The notes: a model not told the origin generated them from the letters alone. A stretch of 63,007 nt of DNA, filler included, from Octopus bimaculoides (GCF_001194135.2; 5 parts of 5 records of this genome joined end to end with filler, not necessarily neighbours in it); one strand, 5' to 3'; positions 12,481 through 24,099 are shown, counted from the first letter of the whole stretch. Numbers and translations are program-made.

Positions 12481-13200
12481 ACAAGTAAATGATGTGGAAA
12501 TGCTATCCTAATGTTGCTGAATATGGAGAACACATAGAATAAAGAGAAGTGACCTCATGCTGATCAACTGAGGGGGTGAACAATTCAAATTGACAGCAGT
12601 GTGGTAAATAAAGAGAATAAGAAAAATTAAGTGTAAGAGGAATCGAGTATTGTGTACAAAAGAGAAGACTACACTAGTATTGACATATGATACCCATGGA
12701 GGATGACTGCTGCATAAGGAAGTTTCAAGCACTCCAAGTTAGTGGAACTTGTGAAAAAGGGAGATTAAGGAAGATATGAGATGACTTGAAGATGCTGCAT
12801 CTCAGGGAGGAGATGACAAAGGATTAAACCAATTTTTTATATGCAATGCTGCAGAAGATTTATACATCCATAGCAACATGTATTCTGACTCAAATGTAGC
12901 ATCTAAAGGCTGCAGTATTTGTAACTTGCTCGGCCTGTATTTATTCCCTTTCACCTTACAGTCTTGGTCCCTCTCTCGTCTAACTTTCCATCTTGCATTT
13001 CTCATCACCCTACCTTCTGTGTTGATTGCATCATTTGCATCACTCAGCCCTCTTGCCTTTTAGCAGACTCATATATAAGTGATTGCATAAGGCCACCACC
13101 ATTCCCTCTTCGTCCATCCAATACACTCTAACTTCAATGTACTGTGCTGCCAGCCAGTACTTTCTCTCCTCTGAACTACCATATTGTCACCTCTTATGTT
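12480..13200 (+). mobile_element. RTE LINE 3' fragment and UTR
   Basis: gaaaaattaagtgtaagaggaatc, gatgactgctgcataaggaag and gacttgaagatgctgcatctc resemble 8680-8830 and 14750-14960. Confidence 0.55.
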
Positions 13201-13379
13201 TTCTCTATTTTTCTTCTTACCTATGGATTTGTTTATGAATAAATATTGATATTTATGAATATGCTTGATGTGACCGCTTCTCTTCTAAGGCATCGTATTA
13301 GAGAAAATCAAAACCTTGTAGGAGGAAGTGTGCACATATGGATATTAGTATACTTGAATTTAGTGGTTTTAAAAAGAAA

Positions 13380-15010
13380 GAAGCAAGGAAGTGCCTCTGT
13401 GAAAAGTTATTAAATGTGAAGAATGCATGGGAGAAAGAAGGTCTTCCTTACATGGATCAGAAGGACCAGCCATATTCTGGCAAGAAAAGCCCTTAGGCAG
13501 TCATTAGGAATTACAGCTGGTGTGCTTAAAATACCTGGTGGTGTAGGATACTGCATAGTTACCCATATGGACAGCCAGATTGTACAGGAAGGTGTCATAC
13601 CCAGTGACTGGCATAGCAAAATTATAGTCAACTACTACACAATTAAAGGAAATACTTTAGAGAGAGATAATTATATTGGTATCAAATTGTTGTACAAGGT
13701 AATGAAAGTTATGGATAAATGAGATGCAGTTCAGTTTTGTGCCAAGAAGTACTACATATACCCTCTTCTTAGTGAGGCTACTGCAGATGTTCTTGGCAAG
13801 CCACTGCATTTAACATTTGTTGAGCTGAGGAAAGTCTTCAGAAGGGTTTCTCATTCTACAGTCTGGTAGTCACTGAGTATGCTAGGGGTAGACAAAGGGA
13901 TTGCGAGAGCCTTGCAAGCCATGCAAAGAGGTGCTGTCAATAAGCTAAAAATTAACAACAGATATAATGATAAATTTAGTGAGCAGGCTGGATTTCATCA
14001 GGACTTGGTTCTCACTCACTTCCAATTCATTATTGTCTTTCAGGTCATAACAGAGGTGTTTAAGTTCAGTTGCTCATGGAAACTGCTATATGCTGATGAC
14101 CTCATTCATAGAGCTAAATCTGCTGTAGAATTAGAAAGGAAACTCCAAGAGTGGAAGCAGAACCTGGAATTAAAAGGCTTCAAAGTCAACTCAGTAAAGA
14201 CCAAAGTTTTAGTTAGTAGGAAAACATACAAAATTCTCCTTTCATCAGGAAAATGGTCTTGCTCAATATGTAGAAAAAAAAATGAGGTCATATTGAATAT
14301 GGCTTATCCAATGCAAACTACAGACACTCATGAGGTACTGTGGAACCACAGGCAAGTTAACACAGATAGTAGACTTTGTGCAGGAGCAATAAACTCTAAG
14401 AGCACACAGGAGATAGACTTTCTGCAATGTCAAGGAGGTTCCTTAGAAGTATTAGACTGCTTTTGTTACCCATGTTATCTTATCAGCAGTGGAGGAGGAT
14501 GTTCTGCAAGTATAGTTGCTGGAATAAGAAATGGATGGAGAAAGTTCAGAGAGCTATTACCTCTGATGGTATCAAAATTTTTTCTCTCGAAATAAAAGAC
14601 AGATTATATGATGCTTTCAACCATGTAACAATGCTACATGACAGGGAAACATAGGCCCTGAATTAAAAGGATATGTGAAGACTTGAAAGAAATGAAGCTA
14701 GCATGCTCCATTGGATGTACTAAGTCAGCATGAATGACAAAGTAGAAATGTTTTAAGAGAAAAATTAGACATAAAGAGAAATCAGATGTGTGCCTGAGCA
14801 AAAGTGTGCTGGTATGGTTATGTAATTCATATGACAATTATATAAAGAAATACTGATCACTTAAAGTGGATGGAATTTGTGGAGGTGAAGGAAACCCAGG
14901 AAGATCTGGGATAAAGTGGTAAAGACTGTCTCAGGAGTTTGAATCTCTTGGAGAAGATGACAAAGGACTAGGATGACTGGTGATATGCAGTGCTCAAGAA
15001 GACCCATCCA
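13380..15010 (+). mobile_element. RTE-clade LINE reverse transcriptase pseudogene
   Basis: ORFs 13423-13722 and 13879-14595: IPSDWHS, YIGIKLL..VMKV, GFHQ, WKLLYADDL, LKVNSVKTKVLV, GGGCSASIVAGIRNGWRKFRELLP. Confidence 0.9.
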
Positions 15011-15129
15011 TCTTGGTGTCTTGGTGAAACTGAGGTTCTGGAAACATAATGTCTACATACACAATTGGGCCCTTTACCTTATCAAATCCACTCTCCACCT
15101 CTTCATTCTCTACCACTGATCTCTTTATC

Positions 15130-15560
15130 ACTTGTTCATCTGTAGTATTTCACTACTATAATTAAATAAGGGCAGAACTACATATTTTATCATCTTTTCT
15201 GTGATTCTAGTTACTTTTCTCACTACCTGGAACTCTTCCCAGCTAGTTCTAATTCTAGAAACTACACTTTTAGAGTATCCTCCTCCACTGCTTGTTTGGT
15301 CACCAAGGTAATAGAAACAATTTACTTCTTCTAAGGACACCCCCTGGATACTTGAAGAAATCTATTTCCTGTGTGTCTTTAGGGTTTATTGTTCCTATAC
15401 ATCTACTATGCACAAAGATTACTTTCTCTGTTAACCTTCCTCTGATTCCACTGCACCTGTTATATATCCCTAGCTTGTACTGAGTACACCATATAGAATC
15501 TGTGCCAAGTGGCTTCACTCTGCATGTTTTTTTACATTCATTACTATGGCAACACTCTGG
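15130..15560 (-). mobile_element. RTE LINE fragment, inverted relative to 14300-14560
   Basis: LEEVNCFYYLGDQTSSGGGYSKSVVSRIRTSWEEF. Confidence 0.8.
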
Positions 15561-15809
15561 AGACTTATTGATCATATACGATAGACTCTCCTTTGTTTGT
15601 CAGTCGTAATGCTTATGTTGAATGGAACATTTGAGTCCCACCAACAATTTGCAAAAATGTTGCATGTATGAGGATTATGGGCCAGTGCAGGTGTTATATT
15701 TGCAACCACTTTTCCCCTTTGTCTTGTACCCCTAATCCTCTTTGAAACATTTTGACATGATGATCTCCGTTTTGTTTTCTCCAAAGTTGCACGCACGCAC
15801 GCACACGCA

Positions 15810-15868
<59 letters not shown>

Positions 15869-15870
<2 letters not shown>

Positions 15871-17505
15871 TGCCTGGTCAATTTGCTGACGGCAATTTGT
15901 CATCATTGAATTTGTTCTCAGTCAATTCGCCAAGGTCATTAGAAAAATGGAAGAATAAATATTTGAATTAAAAAAACCATTTATTTTACGGTTTGCTGCG
16001 TTACATATTTATTTTTTCTTAAAATTTAAGATTGTGTGCTTTTAGAAAAATAATTTTGTGAATTGGATCATATTTTTCCATGACATTTTTTATATGCAGG
16101 TTCATACCTCTGTATTTTTTCTTTTGGCTTGGTTCTTCTCATTGCATAAATTTCTGCAGTTTGGTACTGGCAAACCTTTCCTCACATTTAATCACATCAA
16201 CAGGTTTTCAAATATTTGGATGACTAATATTCACTGTGTTTTTCAGCATGCTGTGGTAGGCTTCTAAAACCTGTCATACATCTCCATCATACATTGATCC
16301 CAAACATTCCATATAGGTAATGGAATTGGATGTTCAAGGCATCGCCTCCTCTGTCTTCTTCCTCAAAGTGATCCTATATAATTATTTTCAAAATAGGATA
16401 CAACTGAGTGTGGAATATCATCATCATTTACAAGTTGTTCATATCCACCTACAATATCATCAACTAGTAGGATGGCAAGAGCAACAAAACACTGCAGTTT
16501 TAGACTAAAACTGTTATCTTCATGATATCTGCAGTTTAATCCTCCTTCCACAACAAGCTTGTACATATTTTGTCCTAAATGAAACAAGTAGCATGCCAAA
16601 TTCGACCCAGGAAACGATTCCAGAAATCCTGTATGGGCTGCTTTTTCGAAATCCATAATTATATTGTCAGGTCCCTTATTCTGCAGTAATTCATTTACTT
16701 TGGCAAAAAGTCTACTATATGTGTCTTGACGTTTGTCAGAGAGCAATGCAAACAATCATGGGACATTAAAACTATCATTTTGAATGTGAAATATATATAA
16801 CTGAAAAAATATACTAGAGCAGCACTTAAATGTTCCATCTGCTGCCCAGTTCTTGTGTTGTTTTAACTGTCGAAGTGCTTCGTCACTTGCAAATATTAGT
16901 ATCCGTTTTGAATCTTTCATCCTGTTGTCATATTGTAAAAATGTTGCATCATTGTTAAGGTTGGAATATTCGCTTGGAATGGAAAACCCAACATTTGTAA
17001 GAGGGGTGGCAGGATAGTTGGAATCAGCTTGTCTCCAACAGCTAGTATTCCTATTAAGCTGTGCAAACAGAGGTATTTGCAACAATGTACAATCATTTAA
17101 ATTCTGAACTTCACTACTGATAATTGATTGAGGGGCATCACAAGATGAAATCGACTTTACTTTAATATTTGAAACTATTATCCTTGCATTTACCTCTGCA
17201 GCAATTGAAGCGTGATTATAGATCCCAATCTTCCTAAGCTCTTTATAATTTTCATCTGTATGAAGTCTCACCTTGCACACTTGATTTTCGCACCTCCAGT
17301 ATATCTTCAATCCATCTGCATTCAACTTATTTTTTGTGTATATATAATTTTCTTGATTGATCACTTTGATTTTTCCTTTCTCTGAAGTTATGATCTTGCA
17401 GATAGTCATGTTGATGGGTAGGCATATTGAATAAATTAAATTCAATTTGCTTGAAAATCTTTGTTTGTAAACTGTTCAGTGCAGATACTTAAGAGAGAGA
17501 GAGAG

Positions 17506-17537
<32 letters not shown>

Positions 17538-17710
17538 GTGGTGTTAAAGAAAGGAAGAAAATATCTAAAACTGTCCAACGACAATTTTAATTCCAAAGTG
17601 ATTGTTCTAAACTTTCCCTTGAAAATCACATTTAAAAGTATTTTTGGATGAATTGATCAATGACGAATTGACTGGGGACAAATTAACCAGGGATGAATTG
17701 TCTTAGCACC
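15869..17710 (-). mobile_element. Mutator-like DNA transposon (FLYWCH + MULE; Phantom-type architecture), both termini present, about 1.84 kb
   Basis: Ends GGTGC.../...GCACC with repeated subterminal CAATT(C/T)GTC-like units; internal transposase; no clear TSD because both flanks are microsatellite. Confidence 0.85.
16050..17409 (-). pseudogene. MULE transposase pseudogene
   Basis: KGKIKVINQENYIYTK..YWRCENQVCKVRLH (FLYWCH); WAADGTFK, IMDFEKAAH, CYLFHLGQ, LEAYHSMLK (DDE). In-frame TGA at 16756-16758 and 16363-16365, then a frameshift. Confidence 0.9.
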
Positions 17711-17744
17711 ATACATATATATATATATATATATATACTTCATT

Positions 17745-18010
17745 TAAAAGCAGCAGAAATATAACAAAAGACTGTTACTCTGAGTTTCACGTTCCCGTTC
17801 ATCGGACAGTTTTGTTAGAAATGGGAAAGGAATAACAATGCAATCAAAAGTGATATAAAATTTAAAACACATGGATCTGTTTGATTGGTTGTTTCAAATA
17901 ACGGTCATGGATGCATAATGAACAAAACAAATGAATTTAATATAGATTCATCCTATCTTTAAAAAATATCAAAGAAAACCTTAAATAGAAAAATGGGCTC
18001 AAAATACATA
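17745..18010 (-). mobile_element. Probable PLE terminal fragment carrying a hammerhead motif
   Basis: Inferred from the embedded type-I hammerhead; bounded by (TA)n and a gap; no ORF. Confidence 0.5.
17763..17816 (-). ncRNA. Type-I hammerhead ribozyme, C4 core variant
   Basis: Minus strand: AACAAAACTGT-CCGATGA-ACG GGAA CGT-GAAA-CTCAGAG-T-A-ACAGT-CT-TTTGTT; stems I, II and III all pair; GUA cleavage triplet. Confidence 0.75.
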
Positions 18011-18110
18011 NNNNNNNNNNNNNNNNNNNNNNNNNNNNNNNNNNNNNNNNNNNNNNNNNNNNNNNNNNNNNNNNNNNNNNNNNNNNNNNNNNNNNNNNNN
18101 NNNNNNNNNN

Positions 18111-18145
<35 letters not shown>

Positions 18146-18296
18146 CACACACACTCTCTCACTTTCACCCTCCACTATCTCTCCATTCCTCTCCCTCTTT
18201 TCCTACCCCTTTACACTGCACATTACTCTTCTTGTCTCTCTCTCCACCCCAACCCATTCACTAATACTATAACAAGAGACAAATCCCTTCACACCA

Positions 18297-18345
18297 TTTA
18301 AATCTGAAGAATCTATTAGAGTAGATGAAAATATGTGATTTGTAA
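18297..18345 (+). ncRNA. Degenerate hammerhead-like motif
   Basis: aaat-CTGAAGA-atcta ttagag tagat-GAAA-atat-GTG-attt; perfect 5-bp stem II and 4-bp stem I, but a GUG triplet and poor stem III. Confidence 0.4.
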
Positions 18346-18451
18346 AAACATATGACATGTTTATAAATATTTGTATGTGTACAACCATCCAGATCTCTGA
18401 ATACCTTATTTTTTTCTAATATATATCTGTACATCACCTCCAAAGCTTGTA

Positions 18452-18482
<31 letters not shown>

Positions 18483-18499
18483 AATAAATAATATGTAGA

Positions 18500-18830
18500 T
18501 ATATGCATATATCCATACATATATGTACATACCTACATCTATATGTATACATACATGCATATATGGGTACAGGACAAAAAACGTTAAACACAATGAGAAA
18601 TGAAAACATAAAAACGAAAACAGAAAACGAACTTTTTTTCAAACAATCAAAAATAAACAACAAACAGAGAAACGAGACATGCAACATAAAGAGTATATCC
18701 CTTCGTCAGTTGTCCCTGTTCCATCTACTCCGTGTTTCGAAGGCAAGGACAATATGCAACTTCGTTGGAACAGTCCTTCCCGCAAAGCAAATTAAGTAAA
18801 ATTTGGAATTTTTTGTGGAGGGTGAAAGTG
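18500..18830. repeat. Dispersed repeat, copy 2 (probable PLE terminal segment)
   Basis: Homologous to 233-420; minus strand contains ctgacgaaggg and a ccaacga..cgaaac remnant. Confidence 0.55.
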
Positions 18831-18871
18831 TTAACAAGAATAGGACAGTGAGAACAAGACAGTAAAAACAA

Positions 18872-18936
<65 letters not shown>

Positions 18937-18999
18937 CACACATATATATATGTGTGTGTGTGGTGTGTATTTGTGTGTGTATATATGTATGTATGTATG

Positions 19000-19030
<31 letters not shown>

Positions 19031-19032
19031 TA

Positions 19033-19885
19033 GCTATGCCAATGCCACAAAAGTAGTATAAGCAGTCAAGGAACCTTCTGATGCTAATCTTCTACAGAAA
19101 GACCTTGATGCCATATATAAATGGGCTGAAGAAAACAACATGCAAGTAAATTCGAAGCCCTTTGCTATCAGCTAGCTGCAACAAAAATACATTGGAGCAA
19201 AATGAGCCGCAATCCCACAGACAAGTACAGTGCATAATCTGGGGATTGATACAAGCAATGACACCACCAAGATGGTGGCAATATGAGAACTTTCAGATTA
19301 AGGGACCAGCAAACTATACTGGTTTTATGGAGGACATTTATACTCAGTTGTCTGTGATCACTCCAGAGTGCCAAGTTAATAGTGGTGCTATAATAGGAAG
19401 ATTGCATCAATGGAACAGCTTAGCTACTGAGAGAGACTGAAGGAGCTACGACTCTACTCCCTGGAGTGGAGACAAGAGAGATGTGCAATGATATAGGTAT
19501 GGAAGATCCTAGAGGGGCTGGCATCAAACTTTGGTATTGAGAGCCATACCAGCCCCTGGGCTGGATGTTACTGCACTCTTCTGAAGGTCCCAGCTATCCC
19601 ATCTAGAGCGAAGGCCATGTATTGCAATAGCTTGGGATTCAAGGGCCCACAACTATTTAAAACCTTGCCAAAACATCTGAGGGATCTTCATGGGGCTTCA
19701 TGGAGTGGAGTTAAATGTTTTCAAGAAACAACTATCCAAGGAACTAGATGAACCTATATCATTGCAAGAAACTCAAAAGAGGGCAGCAGTGTCAAACTCT
19801 CTTCTTTACCAAAAGCCAATTGCATATGATTGACTTTTGAAAAGTTGATTACATTGATAGTGATCCAGTATGGCCACAGTCTTTA
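19033..19885 (+). mobile_element. CR1/L2-group LINE RT C-terminal pseudogene
   Basis: LQKDLDAIYKWAEENNMQ; YSLE; WKILEGLA; YCNSLGFKGPQLF..LPKHLRDLHG; DEP; RAAVSNSL. Confidence 0.8.
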
Positions 19886-19919
19886 GGCTGAAATGTATAA
19901 AAGAAAAGACTGTATATAA

Positions 19920-20090
19920 TATCATCATCATCATCATCATCGTTTAACGTCCGCTTTCCATGCTAGCATGGGTTGGACGATTTGACTGAGGACTGGTGAA
20001 ACCGGATGGCAACACCAGGCTCCAATCTAAATTTGGCAGAGTTTCTACAGCTGGATGCCCTTCCTAACGCCAACCACTCAGAGAGTGTAG
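19920..20090 (-). mobile_element. RTE 3' tail (family C), young copy
   Basis: (atc)n-gtttaacgtccgctttccatgctagcatgggtt..ggatgcccttcctaacgccaaccactc. Confidence 0.8.
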
Positions 20091-20099
20091 TATATATAA

Positions 20100-20421
20100 T
20101 ATACATATATAGGTTCAAAAAAACACAAAAAATAATAACAAAAAAACAACAAAGTGAGGACGTGATACGGATAGTGTTATTGGACGCTCGGGAAAGGAAG
20201 GAGAGAGAGTATGACGTTTCGGGCGGAGCCCTTCGTCGGAAAGACAGAAAGTTCGGAGAATGGAAAAATGGAGGAAGAGGAAAATGGCACCGATGCCCAC
20301 GAGGTTACATTGTGAAAGGACCGGAAGAGGAGGTGGTGGGGGAAAAGTTCTTTCTAAGACAGGAGAGTGAAAAAGGGAGGTGAATATCTGTGCGTGCGCG
20401 AGAGTCTGCGAGTGTGTGTGT
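20100..20421 (-). mobile_element. Probable PLE terminal fragment with hammerhead-like core
   Basis: Minus strand tccgacgaagggctccgcccgaaacgtc at 20213-20240. Confidence 0.5.
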
Positions 20422-20465
20422 NNNNNNNNNNNNNNNNNNNNNNNNNNNNNNNNNNNNNNNNNNNN

Positions 20466-20477
20466 TTAATTAATTAA
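20466..20477. other. Artificial TTAATTAATTAA scaffold linker inside a 100-nt gap (also 32919-32930, 37863-37874, 60118-60129)
   Basis: Each is flanked by exactly 44 N on both sides; the 12-mer gives stop codons in all six frames. Confidence 0.95.
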
Positions 20478-20521
20478 NNNNNNNNNNNNNNNNNNNNNNN
20501 NNNNNNNNNNNNNNNNNNNNN

Positions 20522-20895
20522 TACAGAGTATCTCAACAGGCATGATAGAGCTGCACAATATATTCACTGGGTAATATGCAAAAACCTGGACTTGCCCCAT
20601 GATAAAAACTGGTGGGAACACAAACCACCCCCAGTACTTGAAAATGATCACATCGCACTCCTCTGGAACTTCACCATTCAAACTGACAGAAAGATAGACG
20701 CAAATAGGCCAGACATCATACTGAAAGACTTCAGACAAAAATCATGCCTCCTCATTGATATGACTGTCCCAATTGATATAAACGTATCTGTCAAGACCTA
20801 CCAAAAACTGAGCAAATATAAAGATCTTGAAATAGAAATTAGCAAAATGTGGAATCTGAAGACGAAAACAATACCTATTGTCATAGGACCTATTG
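20522..20895 (+). mobile_element. R4/Dong-clade non-LTR retrotransposon, restriction-like endonuclease domain
   Basis: YLNRHDRAAQYIHW..LLWNFTIQTDRKIDANRPDII..LIDMTVP..KLSKYKDL..IPIVIG; open and little decayed, truncated on both sides. Confidence 0.85.
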
Positions 20896-22056
20896 TCTCC
20901 ACTTGTTGGTAAGATTCATCCGAATACCAGGTTTGAGAAGACAAAACTGCCTATTACTGACTACAAACAACTAAGAAACCTTTTGTTGTATTGTTTTTCA
21001 TTTCTGTTAGATATAATGTAGGTTAGTTTAGGCTCAAGAACCAGTTAGTGAAGCTGCTAATTATTGACGCAAAACAGTAATTAAAGCAGAAAGTGAAAAT
21101 TAAAAATAAACGAGAAACAAAAAATAAACTGAAGTAAAAGAAAATTACTTTTCCTCAACACAAGGACACAAGAAAGCTGCTGTTGTCGGAGTGGCAGTGA
21201 GGGTGAGTTTAATTACTGAAGCGGAGAGAGAGGATGTTTAAACAGGCCTGTTAGGGCAGAATGGAGACTGCTGTATTAAAAACTGGGGAAGCAGATAGCT
21301 AGTTAGGTATACGGGTATGAGAGGGCTGTAAAGTGACATGAGGACAAAGGTGCGACTGTGCTGAATTTGGAAATGAGGACAAATTTGTGGGTGAAGCTGA
21401 TGGGAAACAAACAGAGGATATTAGCANNNNNNNNNNNNNNNNNNNNNNNNNNNNNNNNNNNNNNNNNNNNNNNNNNNNNNNNNNNNNNNNNNNNNNNNNN
21501 NNNNNNNNNNNNNNNNNNNNNNNNNNNNNNNNNNNNNNNNNNNNNNNNNNNNNNNNNNNNNNNNNNNNNNNNNNNNNNNNNNNNNNNNNNNNNNNNNNNN
21601 NNNNNNNNNNNNNNNNNNNNNNNNNNNNNNNNNNNNNNNNNNNNNNNNNNNNNNNNNNNNNNNNNNNNNNNNNNNNNNNNNNNNNNNNNNNNNNNNNNNN
21701 NNNNNNNNNNNNNNNNNNNNNNNNNNNNNNNNNNNNNNNNNNNNNNNNNNNNNNNNNNNNNNNNNNNNNNNNNNNNNNNNNNNNNNNNNNNNNNNNNNNN
21801 NNNNNNNNNNNNNNNNNNNNNNNNNNNNNNNNNNNNNNNNNNNNNNNNNNNNNNNNNNNNNNNNNNNNNNNNNNNNNNNNNNNNNNNNNNNNNNNNNNNN
21901 NNNNNNNNNNNNNNNNNNNNNNNNNNNNNNNNNNNNNNNNNNNNNNNNNNNNNNNNNNNNNNNNNNNNNNNNNNNNNNNNNNNNNNNNNNNNNNNNNNNN
22001 NNNNNNNNNNNNNNNNNNNNNNNNNNNNNNNNNNNNNNNNNNNNNNNNNNNNNNNN

Positions 22057-22532
22057 CATCTATCTTTTACTTGTTTCAGTCATTAGATTGCAGCCATGCT
22101 GCAGCACCACCTTGAAGAATTTTTAGTCGAATGAATCAACCCCAGTACTTATTTTTTAAAGCTTGGTGCTTATTCTTTCGATTTTTTTTGCCGAATCGCT
22201 AAGTTACGGGGACATAAATACACCAACACCGGTTGTTAAGCGATAGTGGGGGACAAACACAGACACAAAGACACACTCACGCAAACACAAACACACATAC
22301 ATACAACGAGCTTCTTTCAGTTTCCGTCTACTAAATCCAATCACAAGGCTTTGATCGACCCGTGGGTGGGATCCCGTGGCTATAGTAGAAGACACTTGAC
22401 CAAGGTGTCACGCAATGAGGCTGGACTATGTGGTTGGGCTTCTTTCAGTTTCCATCTGCCAAATAGCCCAAAATACCACACAGTGGGTCCGAACCCGTAA
22501 CCATGTGGTTGTGAAGCAAACTTCTTACCACA
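22057..22532 (-). mobile_element. SINE family B, full length with duplicated head segment, CpG-retaining
   Basis: Same modules as 1372-1762; ttctttcagtttcc occurs twice. Confidence 0.8.
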
Positions 22533-22904
22533 GCGAAAAAAAGAGAGATCGCGATGATCCTTTAATCATTCAAGTCCGTTCATCCATATAACATCTTTAC
22601 CCATCCTTCACAGCCCCATACTCAACCATGCAATATTTTAAAATAATTTTTACTTCACTCAAGGAACTTATGCATTTTGTTTTTATTTCAATTTACTTAT
22701 AATTTTTGCATGTTTTCTTTTTCATATTTGGTAAATCCCTAAGACAAGACGTGTCGTCTCCTAGCATGTGACTCCCCAAGTAACTATCCGAGTTGCTGCG
22801 GGTACTTCAACCAGTCCTACTTGGCAATATTAGTATTTTGACTAAATGTGATGGATGGGGCAGATCCTGATTAGAATCAGACTTACAGTGTTTAGTTAGT
22901 TGGT

Positions 22905-23150
22905 TGCTGTTGTTTAGCTCGTACCTCAATCAACCCTGATAAAATGGGCACTTTAACAAATACGTTTCGCCTTTGACCATCACATCTTATTTTATAGTAT
23001 ATAGTATCAAGGGTTACACAGTCCAGTGTGCCTTTTTTTGTTTTATAAGATTGTAGTAGTGATTTTTGAAAGGAAAAAGAAACATCACAACGACAATTGG
23101 TTGTTATTTCTAGCTAGTTGAACGACCACGCAAAACTCTTCGGTTGATTT
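22905..23150. repeat. Dispersed repeat family E, copy 1
   Basis: ttgtttagctc..caaccctgat..cagtgtgcct..tatttctagctagttgaacgacc; homologous to 45885-46130. Confidence 0.55.
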
Positions 23151-23289
23151 TCAGTAACGTGTCTATACGTTTTGAGATCGGACCCTCTTTATATTTTTCA
23201 TACATTCGACATCAATATCAGATGTACCTGTAATATACCATAGTGGAATTATTCCCACAGAATGTTTTGAATTGTATGTCAGTATAATG

Positions 23290-23614
23290 CAGGGTTTCTC
23301 AACCATTTTTTGCTTATAGACCCTTTTGATAACTATTTTATTCTGGTGGACCCCATAGTCATTCGATGTTTAAAAATTAGTTTTATAGAAACTTCTTTCA
23401 AAATTCTTATTTTGTTTTTCACACATTAACTTGTGTAGGTTGAACTAAGTAAAATGTTAGAGAAAGAAACCCAGCTTGCAATACACACCAATACATACAT
23501 CTAAAGCAATTTTTTTTCAGGGGTTCTTAAAATACTATTGTTGATCCCCAATTTACTATTTTGTTGTATAGACCCACCCCTAAATCTTATATGGACCCTA
23601 GTTGAGAACAACTG
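23290..23614. mobile_element. Non-autonomous hAT (Charlie-type) MITE
   Basis: TIRs cagggtttctcaac / gttgagaacaactg; 8-bp flanks gtataatg and gtgtaaag (6/8 match, consistent with an aged TSD). Confidence 0.7.
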
Positions 23615-23829
23615 GTGTAAAGTATTGATAGTTTCCTAAAGTCTAATGGAAACTTTTTCAAGAAGACATTATACAACCGATCATATTATATTGGGTTAGT
23701 AGGCTGGCACTCTAAGCCCTAGATTATCCTTAAGTATCTTAATTCTGCTTGGCCATAGAGTGAGGAAATTCAAAATCAACCTGATGTGATTCAAAGTAAC
23801 GAGAGAAAACCAATATTAAATTCTGAAAT

Positions 23830-24045
23830 AAGGCGGCGAGCTGGCAGAAAAGTTAGCACGCCGGGCGAAATGATTAGCGGTATTTCGTCTGTCTTTACGT
23901 TCTGATTTCAAATTCCGCCGAAGTCAACTTTGCCTTTCATCCTTTCGGGTATATAAATTAAGTACCAGCTGTGTACTGAGGTCGATCTAATCGACTGGCT
24001 CCTTCCCCCAAATTTCGGGCCTTGTGCCTAGAGTAGAAAAGAATA
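23830..24045 (+). mobile_element. SINE family A, full length, CpG-retaining
   Basis: ggcggcgagctggcagaaa.gttagcacgccgggcg..ttcaaattccgccg..gcctttcatcctttcggg..aagtaccag. Confidence 0.85.
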
Positions 24046-24099
24046 TTAAATTCTGAAACATAGTTATTGCGACTTCTCGTTTACTGCTAGCGAGCTCAC

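Noticed and set aside
20466-20477. TTAATTAATTAA recurring four times inside gaps
   Set aside because: Always centred in a 44N-12-44N block; an artificial all-frame-stop linker, not biology. Adjacency across these four gaps is therefore uncertain.
21160-21427. Possible minus-strand exon VIKLTLTATPTTAAFLCPCVEE
   Set aside because: Good acceptor but weak donor; phase 1 does not follow the phase-2 end at 30228; the composition resembles retroelement UTRs; it borders a gap.
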